The translations under genes and the position numbers were made by a program. Source: Anthoceros angustus (taxonomy: Eukaryota; Plantae; Anthocerotophyta). From it: a stretch of DNA of 64,000 bases. Below the pieces are notes generated by a model. That model was not told where the DNA came from and did not search any database. It was given only the letters and a program-made list of their open reading frames with translations. Of the stretch, positions 13,401-27,337 are shown piece after piece (within the stretch, counting starts at the first letter, position 1; each line of letters starts with the position of its first letter). The DNA lies in contig MU008158.1 in NCBI GenBank assembly GCA_010909165.1, positions 3,125,478 through 3,189,477 on the forward strand. Direction: 5' to 3'.

Positions 13401-14193
13401 GAGTGTTCAATTGCCAAGGTGCTGGCTGGTGTAAAGATGGCAAGATCAACAGAATACACGACACAGCTCCAAGTAGCATCACCGGAAGCATCCGGGGATT
13501 AGACGTACATTTGTTGGCCGATGTGGCTGGAAAGAAGTGGAATGGGGAATGTGTGGTTTACTCTCATCAAGCAGGTATTCCTCTCTCAGCTTCCTCGTTT
13601 CCATGAGCTCTTTCTTCCCTGCCGTGCATTCCACATTATTTCTGAGTCGGTGTGAGGGACATGTGAGCAGGGGAGGTGGTGCGACTTCCTAAGGCCGAGG
13701 CACGACCTGTGACCTTGAAGGTCTTGGAGTACGAAGTCTTCACTGTGACACCCGTGGAGGTCGGCAACCGAGACCTTGTCGAGTCCAGTCCAGTCCCACA
13801 TCACTGCACATGTCCAGATCCTCACGACGTGCAGTGGAATGGAAATAGCGATGGCCTGAGCATGTGTGTCCGCATGTGCAGGAAGTGGTGGCAGGGGTGT
13901 TGTTCGCTCCCATAGGTTTGCTGGACATGCTGAACTCTGGAGCTGCGGTTGATACACTGAGCCACGATGTCACCGAAGCTGTAGCCCTAGGCGGGCAGGA
14001 GGACGGCACTAGGGTAAGGATGAAGCTCCGCGGGTGCGGAAAGTTCGGAGCTTATTCGTCACGCTGCCCGAAAGCTGTGCTGCCGGCCTCAGTAGGCGCC
14101 GGGATGAGCTACCGCGAGGCGGATGGTCTGGTCACCTTCACCCTCCCGGTCCCCGAGGAAGGGCAGCTGTGGGACGTGACCATCCATCTTTGA
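10487..14193 (+). CDS. SIP2: Seed-imbibition protein / alkaline alpha-galactosidase (raffinose synthase family, GH36), about 14 exons
   Basis: Motifs [90 protein letters not shown] and FAPIGL. All introns are GT-AG. ATG at 10487, TGA at 14191-14193. Confidence 0.93.
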
Positions 14194-15640
14194 AACAGAG
14201 CAATTCTTCTCTCCTTCCTCAGCGTCAAGAAACGCAATGAACCAATCCTTGCTCTCACCCGGCACCTCGTAGTCTGGGCATATCCAACGCACCTTGGCCG
14301 GCAGGGACGAATATACCAAGTCTGTCCATACCGGGACTCTGAAGTCACACATTTGCCGCGAGTGCGTCGAGAGCCTTCCATGGCCATGCCGCGGACATGC
14401 CTATTCCGGAACGATCACGAAAGCCACATCGGGATTCGAGAGTCTAAGGAAGGTGCTGAGGAAGCTGCCTGAGAGGTTCCCGAAGCCGGCAGACTGACGG
14501 GTGAGATAAGGCAGTGTTTTGCATTGTCGTGAGCTGGCGAATGGCAGCCATGGGGCTCCGCGCACGAGGGCTGCGTCTCCAGGGAACGCTCCTCCACGTG
14601 CCCCGCGGGCGCCGCCCTGTCTGAACGAGACATCCTGTACATCGATACACCATGGCCATTAATGCTTGCTCGTAACATCGACGGTGCCACATCCTCATCC
14701 GTTGGGACACCGGATGGACGGAGAACGCCCTTCCGGGTGACAAACCCTAATCAATATCGCACGGTTTTTATGTGTGCCGCATGGTTCCTGGTTTTCGCAC
14801 CCTTACTCACCTCCACGAGGAGAGATCCGAGAGTAGGGACGTCCCAATTTGAACTGGGCTACATGCCATCGGCACAGGACACGGCGGCGGGGCAGGGAAT
14901 CGGCCGCCCAGGGCGAGCATGTAGGGAATCGGGATCGCACGGTTGGGAACGACGCGCGGTTAGGTCTGCAAGGTTGGTGAGGGAAGGATGTTCGGTCCCA
15001 AAATGGGAGGACGTTGTCCTCCGTGATGACGTGGCCTCACTGGCCGTACCCGCAGCCTCGATGGCCATCGTCGGGAATGGATGTGCAGGCGAACGACACA
15101 CCCTCTGCATACGTATGCAATACGTATACGATACAGTATGGCGTTGAAGTCGAAGTTGTCACCAACCCGAGTCAATGACCAACAGTGTCGGGTCAGTGGC
15201 GGTTGAACCGGGTCTCCATCCTGTCAACCCGCGGCTCCTTTTATCTACCATCTTCTCCGCCCATTTTCCTCTACCGAGCTTGTCCGAGTGATCCAACGTC
15301 GTTTGCTCACTTTGTCTTCTTCCTCAAATCGTCGGCGCTGCCCACGAGACTGCCATTCCTGTCCGAGCAAGGCCAAGTCAGGCCAAGCCAGGCCACGCTA
15401 GGCCACGCTAGGCCAAGCGTAAGAGCAACCCTCACTCTCGGATCGCTGCGCTCTCTTCATGCGCACACTGCTGTGCTCATCTCCGTGAGGTAAGCTCCAC
15501 TCCTTCAACCTTTCCTCGCCTTGCCTTGTGCTTCAGCTGGGGATCTGTGTCCTGGCTGCTCTGCTCTGCAAGGGCATGCATGTATCTACGCTCTCCCCTC
15601 ATTTGCTCCACGGCCTGCGTCGTGCAGGTCGGGCAGCAAC

Positions 15641-16003
15641 ATGTCGAAGACGAACGTGACAAATAGTGTCAGTGTAGGGCTGGCCGTGCAGACCGATTGG
15701 GATAACCGCCACTTCTCCAACTCGCTCAGTCTCAATGTGCGCCGCCTTTTCGAGTTCCTCCTGCAGTTTGGTAAGCTGGATCACCGGGAGCCGTAGCCCG
15801 AACTGGGATTGGGAGTATTTTTAATCGCTACTTTGCCCTTCCTCGCATCCAGCTCATGTCCGCTGCTGGCGCCCTTGTCGTGACCAGAATCTGCCACCAG
15901 AACCAAGCTCGCAACCCTGAACGAGAAGCTGACGGTGTTGGAGCGGCAGCTGGAGTACTTGGAAGCGCAGTTCAACACGGCCTCGGTTACCGGGGCTCTT
16001 TGA
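15641..16003 (+). CDS. BRK1: BRICK1/HSPC300 subunit of the SCAR/WAVE complex, 81 aa (exons 15641-15770 and 15888-16003)
   Basis: Spliced translation MSKTNVTNSVSVGLAVQTDWDNRHFSNSLSLNVRRLFEFLLQF|ESATRTKLATLNEKLTVLERQLEYLEAQF. A probable 5'UTR intron lies at ~15490-15627. Confidence 0.95.
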
Positions 16004-18343
16004 GGATGCATGCTTCCACACCACATCGGATGACTATTCTTCCGGCCATCCCCTCTGCCTTACCCCCCCAGGCATGCCGCAGGAGGCGTGTTGAGACAAC
16101 TCAGACGCAAAGCTTGCTTCCGTGCACACCAGGATCACTTGCTTGGAAGCTGGAGTCTTGCGATCTCGCTCACAGCAGCTGAGTTTTAGCCTAGTCTGAG
16201 GTGCTGTCCAACAAGATCGCTGGCCTTTGGCTTCTTAGCTTCTCTTATTACATCTTGTGTCCTGTCTGTCTAGCGTTACAGCTTCTGCCATTCTTCGGAC
16301 TACCCTAGTGTACATCTTTGTACATGTATCCTCCATAGCTACTGTAATTTATTGTTGTAGGCCGCCATGGTTATGTTCACGAACATTGATTCTATTGTAG
16401 GGCCCTGTTAACTACGGCACACCAGCCTGGCTGTCTCCATGTCCAGCACCCTGTCAGTGATCTTGCATCCACAATCAGCTGGGCAGGAAGCAGGCACATG
16501 CGACACCCCAGAGTCATCTGCCTCCCTTGAGTTACTGGTGTGTATGTTTTTGCTTTGTGCACTCCCGTGAATCGTCCCGCCAACGATCATCCGCATTAGA
16601 GCTCATGGATTTGCCTCTCTGCTGTCTCCCTGAGTGCCTTGCCTACTTGAACATCATTGGTGCCACCTTTTATTTCCTTCTGTTTCAAAATGATCTGCGT
16701 GCGCATTCGGTATCCTATAAACCACAGTTGCAGGCCATTACGTGCAAGGCACTCAACCTGTAGCGACGAGTGCTTCTACTAGCTATGGCTGTTTGAAGCT
16801 TGTTAGGACGTAGTCTACGAAGAGCTTTCGATCACATGATTCCAAGGACCAAACCGTTGAGAAATGACCAAGCCGCCTGCCAGTAGCTATTGTTGCGGAA
16901 ATTTGCACTACAGGGGATAACTTGGGCACATTCGTGGCAACCGCATCCTTCGAGTGGATGCTTCTTATGGAAATATAAAGTTGCAAGCCGCGAAGCCTGT
17001 GTTCACAGTGCTTACCAAACATATTGCCTTTATGTGGTCCTTTATACTGTCTGCAGATGTTAAACTAGGGCAAGACAAGCAAGTCGTACCCTGTCCAGCA
17101 AATGCGCAGTTAAGACCCTAGGATGAAGCCAGATGGCCATGTTTTCTGGCAGCACCTCAGGTCTGTATGCTTCCTGCAGCCCACCCCAGCTTTGGAGATG
17201 GGAATGGCTCAACCTTGGATGTCCTACAGAAGTTCCAGATACAGTTTTCCCAGTGATAAGTCGGAAAACGTGGAGAATCATGAAAGGCTGTGTTCAAGGT
17301 TGAGGGACTTGGTCACAAAGATGTGGTGACTTGGATTCTTGTGATAGGGGGATCCCAGCAGGGATTTTCATACTGTTCAGGAGGAGGCAGGCATCTCGTA
17401 CCTGCGTGACAATTTCTATGCCCCCTTGAGGCATGCTCAAGTATCGGGCACAACCACGTTGGAAATCAGTAGGCGGCTTATGTCCGAGTTAGTGAGCAAG
17501 ACACGCAGTTAACGTCTTTGTAGCCAACTGTTTGGTTTAACACATCTGTGCCATTTGTGGGGGTCTACCTTGCAATAAAACAGTGAAGCCGGACAAGATG
17601 CCGTTCGGAATGTGCTGATGTCATACATACACACAGATGCACCAATGCAAGCGAGGAGGAGAAGTATCTATGAGAGAGGGAACATGCCAGGACAGTATGA
17701 TCGTCAAAATGGACGGCATGGTGCATAGTTTATTGGTCGGGGAAAAGCACCAGCATCCCAACAGTCGAGCAAAGAGCAAAGCGGACAAAGATACTTTCCA
17801 ATGAAGGAACTAGGGCATCCTTCATCCTGGCCTGTACAAATTTTGTGGATGCTAGGGTGCCTTTTGCCCAACCATGGTGCATTGAACAGCATCCACTCAG
17901 GTGCTGCCTAGGGACAAGCTCCATTACCAACGCTCCGTTCCCTGGACTGCATTACGGATCGTGAATCAGGACCTGAATCAGGCTAAAGACCTGGTGACGC
18001 ATGAACGTCTTGTGTCAGTCATTTGACTCCACACGGGACCTAGTACATAAATTCTACAGACCTTTGTCACCCTTGCGTGCGAGTCTCCTCTGGCATTCCA
18101 GCCTATTCGTCGTCTTGAAGAACGTAGAGACGCACAACGTGGACAGAGGCCATTAGCTTCTCCCGCCGCGTCACGTCTGGAGATTCCCCGCCACTTGGCC
18201 GCACCATCTGTGGGAAGGTCCTGGGTCGCAGGCATTACCTGTGCCTGGCCCGCACAATCTCCACAGCAACTCGGAAGCTCATCAACTCTAACTTCAGCGC
18301 CAGTGCCATTGCCAGACTGCCAGGGCCACAGAGTTCCGGGAAG

Positions 18344-18859
18344 ATGAGGACAATGGAGGTCCACGACCGGGGCCCCTCACCCGCGATCCCGCTGCTGCTG
18401 CTAATCATCGTGCTCATGGCAGTGACAGGACCTTGGTTTGTGGAACGCGAGCCCGACGTGGTTGCAACGACGCGGAGCTTGGGATCAATGACGTTTCTGC
18501 TGCCGGTAGTGCTTCTCGGCGCCATCTACTTCTTCAGCCAGCCATCTCGGAGCTCGCCATACTACTACAACAACGGGCAGTACCCGCAGCAGCTGCACCA
18601 GTACCCCACAGCACAGCCTTACCACCAGGGATGGGGATTGGGCCAACAGGGTTCCTCCTGGCTCTCCCAGGCCTCCTCCTGGCTCCCCTCCTCCTGCAAG
18701 AGCCGGGGCCGTGGGTGGGGCTCCTCCTGGTTGCCGGCCTCCTCCTTCGACCTGGGAACCGTGCTCTACGGGCTTGCTTTCGTGGTCATGGCCGGCATGG
18801 TGTTAGGCTCGCTTGCATCCTCCTGGCAGGCTGGCAGTCAATCTCATTCCCGATTCTGA
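18344..18859 (+). CDS. Small single-exon membrane protein (3 hydrophobic segments, Gln/Tyr/Pro-rich loop), function unknown
   Basis: 171-aa ORF with GC3-rich codons and hydrophobic segments PLLLLIIVLMAV, FLLPVVLLGAIYFF and VLYGLAFVVMAGMVL. The layout resembles an uncharacterised plant TM family (from memory). Confidence 0.65.
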   Translation: MRTMEVHDRGPSPAIPLLLLIIVLMAVTGPWFVEREPDVVATTRSLGSMTFLLPVVLLGAIYFFSQPSRSSPYYYNNGQYPQQLHQYPTAQPYHQGWGLGQQGSSWLSQASSWLPSSCKSRGRGWGSSWLPASSFDLGTVLYGLAFVVMAGMVLGSLASSWQAGSQSHSRF

Positions 18860-19459
18860 CTAGGGGACATGGCCGCTGCCGGCTCCAATGCGGCGGCCTA
18901 CGCGCTATCTTCTGCGCTGCGAGGGGTGCTTGTTTTGCTGGCCAGGTCCTTGGATGACACCGTCTCCACTCTTCTGGGCACGGTGACCCGGCTGATCTCC
19001 GGATTTTTCAAGCTGCTGTGGTCCTTTACAGCCAGACGCAGTTGACGTTACCGTCCCCTTCCTCGCCTACTATGTTTGTCCTCTCCTGCATTGCAATGCA
19101 GTACATTGCATTCCCTGCCCCTTGCCTTGTTTTGCTTTGCATTGCAATTCCTTGGCTTCTATTGCCTTGCAATGCATTGTATTGTGGTGCACTGCTCTCC
19201 TCCTCTCAGCGGAACTTCCGAAAACGTTCTCGGTTTGTTGTAAGCTGTCTGCATCATTGTACATCTTGTCATGGCCTGCCCTTACCAGAAGTCATGGGAA
19301 CGTCATGACATTTTGGGTTCACCTGTTGTAAATATCTACATACTTGCGAAGGAAACAAAACGTCAGTGTCGACTTTTGAGTTTTAACTGTGTCCGTCCTG
19401 CCTCTTCCGCCACACCTCTCCAAAGGGAGCTGGCTTGTGCTCACCACACCCGTGGCATC

Positions 19460-22400
19460 ATGGAGTCAAGCAGTGCATGTCAAGTTATTCACGTCTGGTC
19501 AGGGCCCCGATCGCTCAGCACCAGTCTCATGTACTCCTTCGCACAGGTGGGATGTGGTTTCTGGATCTTCGTTGGTGTTTAAAAAATGGCATGCCCTAGT
19601 GGACTGGGTGATCGTTGTGGTTTCTCCACAGCTTGTCCATGGACTCACATGATCTGACCCAAGGCGTAGGAGATTACTTCTATGTAGATTTGCTGACGTG
19701 AGCGCATCTCTAAAACTCTCTACAGAGGGATGATACAGAAGTCGTCGATGAGCCTTTATATGCCCACTACCTTCGGGTGACTGGAGTGCAGAGACCATAC
19801 AGGGAGCAATTGTTGGCTACAATGGTGGGTAAACGTAGCTGGATTGAGTCATGGCCCTATTACTGGTGCATCACATCTAGCAGACGAGGGTATGCAACAC
19901 CATTTCAGCTGTGAGACGTATGTGTGCAGGAAACAAATGGTGAAAAAGTAGTTCAAGACCTCGTCAATGGGCCGTGCAAGAAAAAAAACAGATTCTGTAA
20001 GGTATGAACCATCATACATCACACCTTACGTGGTTTTGTTTCTTGGAAGTACTTCTTTACAGCCGCAGGGGACTTTGTGCTACATGTTGATCCAGGCACG
20101 TCTTTGATGGCTTTGCAGCATATGGCAAAACAGTGGACACCCGATCTTCCCAAGGAGTTATTGGAGGGCCTGCATGTTGTGCTAATCAGGAATCCAGTGG
20201 ACTCTCTTGTGAGTATGTTGCTGCCAGTTTCATGGTCAGCTATTAGATGTCACTGAGTAACGGCCACACTGAGGATTGCTGTTAACAGCCCTCCTTCGCT
20301 GAGGTCGTGCCCGTGTCATTTGGAGAATTGGAGTTGGGGCATTTGCTGTCCATATTCACACAGCTTCGCGAGCTGGGTCGCGCCCCTCCTGTTGTAGATG
20401 CAACTGCTCTACAGATCAATCCGGAGGTTCGTCTACGAGAGTGGACTGGTATAAGCTGTTACTGCAAGCATACATGGGTGTTCCTACAAACTTGACACAT
20501 ATTTTCCCTGCAGGGTACTCTGAGGTCCCTGTGTTCCGCCTTGAAGATCTCATTTCAACAGTCGATGCTCAAGTTGGATTCTTACCCATCCATAATTCTG
20601 CCTCAAGTCTTTACTGGTTATCGCATTAGAAAGGCTCACACCCCTTTATGTGCCATACAGATGGCAAGCTGGAGCTAGACAAGAAGATGGCATTTGGGCA
20701 CCGTGGTGGTACAACACTGTTCACAAGTCTACAGGGTTTGAAACTCCAAAACTTCCGGCGAAGGTTAGGCTCTCACCATGGCACGCTAGCATAACTATTT
20801 TGTCAACTCCTTTCAACACTTACCGGTGGTTGCACCTGTGTCCATGTCAGCCATTTCCGGCCAATCTGTACAGTCTGTTAGAGGATTGCCAGCCTTTTTA
20901 CAACATGTTGAAACGTCATGCCCTGCAACCAGCTGATTCTATCCCGCCACCGACTTTTCCTGTGCCTGCAAATAACCACATACTGGTGTGGGTGGGCGAT
21001 CAGCTCGTACCTCGTGATGCAGCAAAGGTAATGTCCAGCTAATTCTAATTGGCACTTTCCGACATGGTTCAGCTTCTTTTGATTGGGTTTGCACTTCAGT
21101 GCAGGTATCCGTGTTTGACTCTATCGTTCAAGGAGGAGATGGTGTGTGGGAAGGGCTTAGAGTGTACAAAGGCCGAATTTTCAAGCTGGACCAACATTTG
21201 AGCAGGTACTCATGTACAGCAAGTACCTCTGAATATGGCTTCCGGTTCTCGTTCCCTACTATGACCGGGCAAAGGCGTTCCGCAGACTGTTTGATTCAGC
21301 GAAGGCTTTGTTCTTTGCTGACGTTCCAAGCTATGAGCAGGTCAGTAGTGGTTGAGACTTACTAGAGGATAGTGAATTGGTCTTGACTGCAAAGCGGATG
21401 AAGGTGTGGGTGACACTAGGGCGTTGTAGGTAAGGAACGCTATCTTCACAACTTTGATTGCCAACGGTATGCAAGACAATGCTCACATTCGTCTCACTCT
21501 CACCAGAGGTAAAAAGGTATCTCAGTAGCCGCCACGATTGTACTTTCATGTAGTCATTTGCTACTTAAAGTGTACAGTACTTGTGTATGGAGCCTCGAGG
21601 CCATATGACATTCTAAGAGTATGCACTGCGATGAAATCCAGGTGACATCTGGTATGAGTCCTTCATTCAACAGATATGGATGCACCCTCATAGGTATGGT
21701 TAACTACTAGAAGGAGAGCTGTTTTCCTTATCAACAAACTTATGTGAATCTGTACTTGTTTGCGTAATGGTACTGAATGCAGCACATGCTTGCAGTCCTG
21801 GCAGAGTGGAAGCCACCAGTGTACGACAACTCGACCGGGATACGCCTAACAACTGCTTCAACGCGTCGTAATTCCCCCAATGTAATCATGCGTTTCCGTC
21901 AAGCTCAGTTCATGCGTTACCGTAGCAAATTACCCTACCATTCTGCGGAGAGATGTGATCCTCTGTGTTTGAAACCTGTTGCAGTGCCTGGACTCAAAAA
22001 TACATCACAATAATCTTATCAACAACATCCTCGCGAAGGTTCTTGCTCTCATTCATCTTCACACGCTCTGTCCTTTTCCATGTTCCGGGCTCTTACCTCA
22101 TTTTGTAAAGACCTGCACAGGTGGAAGGCAACTTACGAGGTGCGGACGACGCCATCATGTTGGACTGTGATGGTTTTGTCTCTGAAACTAATGCCACCAA
22201 CATCGTAAGAGGTCTTTTTTCTTCTTGGTTTGAATTGGTTTTTGTGTCTTGTGAGGTTTGACTGACATGTGTGCTTAACCGATGGAGCAAAGTTCATGGT
22301 CAAGAGAGGGACAGTGTTAACTCCCCACGCCGATTTTTGTCTCCCAGGGATAACACGTGCTACGGTACTCTAGCCCATCCATTCCAACTCTTGCCAGCTC

Positions 22401-22846
22401 GCTGTAACTTCGTTTTCATTGTTCTGACTTGTATCTGGCTACAGATCATTGACTTAGTCAGAAGGGAAAAGATTGATTTCACAGAGCGGCGACTCAGCCT
22501 ATCTGAGTTCCATGCGGCCGATGAGGTGTGTTCTTCTCTTCTCTGAAAGTTCAGCATATTCTATCGTGGTACATTACTCTGTACAAATTAACCTCTCCCC
22601 TCGTGCAGGTCTGGACTACAGGAACTATGGGCGAAATCTCCCCAGTGAGTTCCCCCCATTAGAGTCTGAATTTGGGCTTGAGTTACGGTTTACGTGTGTT
22701 CGATGTCCTAATCGTCTTCGATGCAGGTAGTTGAAATCGATGGGCGTGTCATCGGTAATCACAGAGTGGGACCGGTAACATCGCACATCCAAGCTTGCTA
22801 TGCCGCTTTGACCCAGTCAGAAGGAGAAGCAATTGCCCTGGCCTAA
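19460..22846 (+). CDS. Branched-chain-amino-acid-aminotransferase-like protein (N-terminal sulfotransferase-like P-loop domain + class IV PLP aminotransferase), multi-exon
   Basis: N-terminal part: IHVWSGPRSLSTSLMYSFAQ, DEPLYAHYL, KHMAKQ, DGIWAPWWY. C-terminal part: SVFDSIVQGGDGVWEGLRVY, CLDSKIHHNNLINNILAK, GFVSETNATN, LPGITR, ADEVWTTGTMGE. TAA at 22844-22846. Confidence 0.93.
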
Positions 22847-23033
22847 AGCTGCGAGGTGACGAGTGGTCATTGACTCATCCAATTCGCATGCAATGAACAA
22901 CGCTCCCATTCCCGTGCACCTTTTGCAATCATAAAATAATTTAGCTTCTCTCCATGGACCTCTGAATCCGGGGTGGTGTTTCCAATGGAATGCCTACATA
23001 CCATTCATACTCTTCACTCCTTGCATTTATCGA

Positions 23034-25638
23034 CTATGGACCAGTTCGAGGTCTTTTCAACAGGCCCGGACAACTGAATGTTCGATCGTATGGCAAATCC
23101 GCTTGTACCTCCTCCGCGAAAGCAACCTTCTCTGGTAGATCAAAACTGATGCAAAGCATGATCTGCAAACGACAAAAACATCTTAAAGTTTAAAAGCGTG
23201 GGTGGTTGGGTTCAAACATTCAAACCAGGATGGAAAGACGGTCGTTGAGTACCTTGTTAGGAGCAACATCCCGAACAGTCCAGGCAGAAACCTGTAGTAA
23301 AGGGCCTTGCAAGATAGTTTCTGCATGCTGCTCATAACAGGGGCTGTAAGCAATCAAACCGGAGACTTGAACACTACTTAGCCAAATTGTTTGTTGGAGA
23401 GACATGAAAACTACCTCAATGACATCTGCTACTGTCTGGTTCGATCTTTTGAAGCAGTAGCAATGTACTCGTGGCAGAGAACCCTTCCAATGCCTCGCTG
23501 ATAATAGTCCCTTGAAGACATCTGCACAATTGTTTCAGTTCAGTCAGGGTGAGCATGCCTCAAACAGCTGGCACCTCATAGAAAACCGAGTAAGGAGTTG
23601 CGAATGGACAGGACCTAAGAATTCAAGAGCTGATGCAGGCAGGTTCATGACGACATGGTCAAAATGATTCCGAGGCTCGCAGATGCTGGTGTCATGCGCG
23701 AAGGGTGTTGTGCTCTTTCCCTTCTTCCGTCTTTTATCAGATGATGTTCCTTTATCTGAGAATTACAATGTCCCAGAGCCACTGAACTCAAAGACTTCAA
23801 ACGACAAGTGCAAGTCACTCTTGGAAGGCGAGAGAAACGCAAAGAAATGGGTAGAAGCAAACCTTCGAGCTATACCTTTCTGTTGCTCTGTAGCCTCTGA
23901 CTTGATGCTGCTGCCTACAAGATCAGCAGTCAAACCTGCAGTGCCCGTAGATTTTGCAAGATTTTCAATGGATGGCGTTAAATTTTCAGCCACACTCAAG
24001 GGACCACATCCATCCTTCACATGCTCATCACTCTGGTTATCAACCCCATCCTCATGGATGGAGCAGTTCTCAGAGGAGTGAACCTCTTCAGTGCTTCTGA
24101 CTAAATGTCTTAGGAACTGCCGGGCATCCATATTGAATGCATGCACTCGCCCTTCCACTTTATTGAGCTTGGCATTGACTCTAAGGTACTCAACACTAGA
24201 AGGATTGAGATCATTGGCATACACAATGCACCCCCGTTGTGCTGCCGGGATCGCAAACGGTCCTATTCCTGCAAACATGTCACACACGACCTGCCCAGAC
24301 TGGAAGAGACTGGCCAATCGCTTGTGCTCAAACTCTAACCTGGAATTCCAATACACCAGGCCATAGTCCAACCTGAATGTTGCGCCATGTTGTTTGACTT
24401 CAGTAACTAAACTCTTTGTTCCGGCCAGTACCTCAAATTCAGGTACTCGGAACTCATTGCTAATTGTCCCAACCTTGTTCACCACAGTCTTTATCTTGGG
24501 CTGATTCTTCTGATAGACAATGAAAGCAAAAGAAGCGAGATAAGCACAGGTAGGACGAGCGATGGAGCAACACACAGCAGATCAAGATACACAGAAACAT
24601 CCTTGGAGGGAAATATTGCTGAGTGGTCACTCACATCCAGGAACACTTGTGCAATGACGTTGCGGTAAGGGAGAAGTTCATCCCGCAAATTTAGATGGGC
24701 TATATGCCCTATTTGCCATGAGCAAAAAGAGTTAGCCGACAGTTTGCATGTGGCACAATGAGCCATGATTCTTTCTGCTACTAATGCAGGTCATCTAAGA
24801 CCCTGACAGCTAGCTGGTTCAGATGGCAATTCTTACCAATACATTCAAAGGCTGAAGGCACTTCGCAGCCTGCTGGTAGAATATCCTTCAGGATGTGCTC
24901 TGCAGAACCCACTTCCTCCATAAGAACAGGCCGCTGTGCATCGACTAAGGATACAATAAGTCTGTTAACTACAGTCCTCACATTCTTCAGATGTTTCGGA
25001 AGTATCACAGGCATCAAGTTGTATGCACACGGGATCACACCTACTGGCCAGTAAGAATAATCCAGCAGCACATCATGCGGAACAATGTCTATCTCCATGA
25101 ACTCCTTCAATTCGATCAATTTTTTCTCTGGAAGGTCTCCTAGACCTGAAAGGAATACGCCCAGACAACCTCGTAGTCAAGGACCTTCCCCTCAGGTGGA
25201 GAAGAACATTCTTGAACCAAGGAGAATGCATCACCTATGCCCTCGGACAGGATGACACGACGAAGAGCCTGGTCAGTGGGGTCTTCAACGATATGCTTAA
25301 TCCTTGGCTTGTCCAATACATGTCTGCACACAGTGGAGGTTCATATGAGGCCGATCAGAGGCGGTCATCGACTGCTGAATGTCACAATCCAAACCTAGTC
25401 ACTATCCACAATGTACAAGGCTGCTTAGAGAAATGTAAGGTTGCCATTCCCAGAAAGAATCCGTTCAACGTTAGTTTTTCTGAATACACTGCTGTAGCAA
25501 GCACTGGCTATGGTACCGAAGCTTCTCAGGACTTGCGACTTACTTGGATAAAATTTTGGCTGCCTGCTGAGAGAACCGCTTCGGGACACGAAGGGCGTGC
25601 AGATGCAGAAACGTATCGAACTTGGACTTATCCACCAT
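23034..25638 (-). CDS. TRM5: tRNA (guanine37-N1)-methyltransferase, multi-exon
   Basis: Motifs [70 protein letters not shown] and MLCISF. ATG (MVDKSKF) at 25638, TAG at 23034-23036. Confidence 0.93.
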
Positions 25639-25899
25639 AGCGACCGATTTTTGATCCAGCTTAACCGCCTTGCCTTCGTGCTCGAAGGCGCACGTCTTGG
25701 CCTCGCACAAGTCCGTTGTCGATTCCAGCTGAAGACTCGCCGGAAAATTCCTCTCTGAAACGCACAAGCTTCCCATCGCTACGGTCACAGCCTGCCGAGT
25801 CGTACGTGGGTTCAAGTGTACATATGGACTGTAGCAAGTTACCCATTCATACATACATCTGTATGCACTAGGTAATGTACGTACGTATTCCAGAGAATG

Positions 25900-27285
25900 G
25901 GGTATAATTAAGACGCTAACTAACCGTCTATAATCCTTTGAAGTTGCTGAGATGCTGCTGGCCAGAGCAACTGGCCTGGCTATGACGCCAGCGGCGTTGG
26001 TTGTACTGACAAACAGGTTACCTGCGTAGCTAATGGCATGGAGGGAAAATCCCTTAGGTGAGCCTGTGACAAACTGATGAAGTCTCACCACCCTGTTTCC
26101 AACAAACCGCACTTCTTCCTGAGGCCCAGCCAGATTGGACACTGCTATGGTAATTTGGCTCATGGTGTAGTGGGTGAAGCGTAGCAAAGCCTGAAATGGA
26201 GGAACAAGCGAGCAGTGATGGTGTTTAAATTGCTACTTGGCTGAAGAGTAAATCGTTTCAAGACTTTCTACCTGAGTCCCAAGCATGTTGCATACCACTG
26301 CCATGAGGACAGTTGAGGCCAGTGCTTCCCAAGAGTTCCTCATTCTCCTCGTGCGTGCTCCCAAACTCTTCACCCTGTCCCCAAGGTTGGCCCCTCAGTA
26401 ATAGGTTCCAACCGGCAGAGCTGGAAACGAGTCTCCTAGCATAGTTCCCCAGTTTTTTGAAATTTCGGCCCCCGGTTTCAGCATACCCTTGACCTCCTTG
26501 GGTGTGCAAGCAGAGGGCGAAAATTGATGGGCATGAGCCCGTGAATTTTCAGGTAGGGGCCAGCCAGAGTGGGGGAGAGCGGATTACTCCTTGCCGTTCC
26601 CTCATATTTATAATGTTTCAAACCATAGGCCACAGCTCCTAGAAAAACGTTGTTCAGTGTTGCCTCCCATAATTTATCCAACTTAAGTTCGGACACTGGG
26701 CCAATATCTGGTTGGAACATCACAATCTGATTGGAAAAGCTCCTCATATTGCATGGAGCCTGACAAGGAAATGTGAGGGCACTGTTGTATGAGCTGCCGA
26801 GGAGGCTCCAACTATAGCTGCCGTTTTAGCCAAATGAGGTGAGAGTGTGCTCACCCTGATAGGAGGTGACAGAAGGATGTGCAGCATGTGAAGGAGAACC
26901 AAGCAGGTGCTCCAGGCCCTGCAGGTTGGGACGGTGGTGCAGGTCCCGGCAGAGAAGGCCTTCCTCCATCTACTGTTTGTGCCAAGTCCAGAAAGAGTGA
27001 AGCAAGGGAAATTCCATCTCCGATAGCGTGGTGCACACGGAAGACAATGGTAGAACTGCATCCTCGCAGATTTGGATGGCTTAAGACATGGCAATCCCTG
27101 CATACAAGGGGTCACTTGTGCGTGAAACTCCATCTCCACAACCCGCGCATTTCTGGTAGCAGAAAAACGATTGAATAGGTACCACAAAGGATAGTTTTCG
27201 TGCAAGGGCACATTGGCCAGATAGTTGACGGTAGGCAGCCACAGGGTCCTCCCCGCCGTATTCCTGCTCCGACAGTCCAACTTCC
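25900..27285 (-). pseudogene. WS/DGAT (WSD1-like O-acyltransferase) pseudogene, 5'-truncated and frameshifted
   Basis: Contains YPLW|DCHVL..FRVHHAIGDG (HHxxxDG motif), ATLNNVF, PINFR, SNLAGPQE and HAISYAG. There is a +1 frameshift at ~27231, further shifts at 26400-26500, no N-terminal exons and no native stop. Confidence 0.8.
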
Positions 27286-27337
27286 CACGGCATGGCACGG
27301 CATGGCATGGCATGGCATGGCATGGCATGGCATGGCA
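27286..27337. repeat. (CAYGG)10 pentanucleotide microsatellite
   Basis: Direct reading. It sits at the 5' break of the WSD pseudogene, upstream of HSP90. Confidence 0.95.

Noticed and set aside
16400-18000. Possible gene or decayed retroelement between BRK1 and the membrane-protein gene
   Set aside because: Only short ORFs with no recognisable motif or consistent exon chain.
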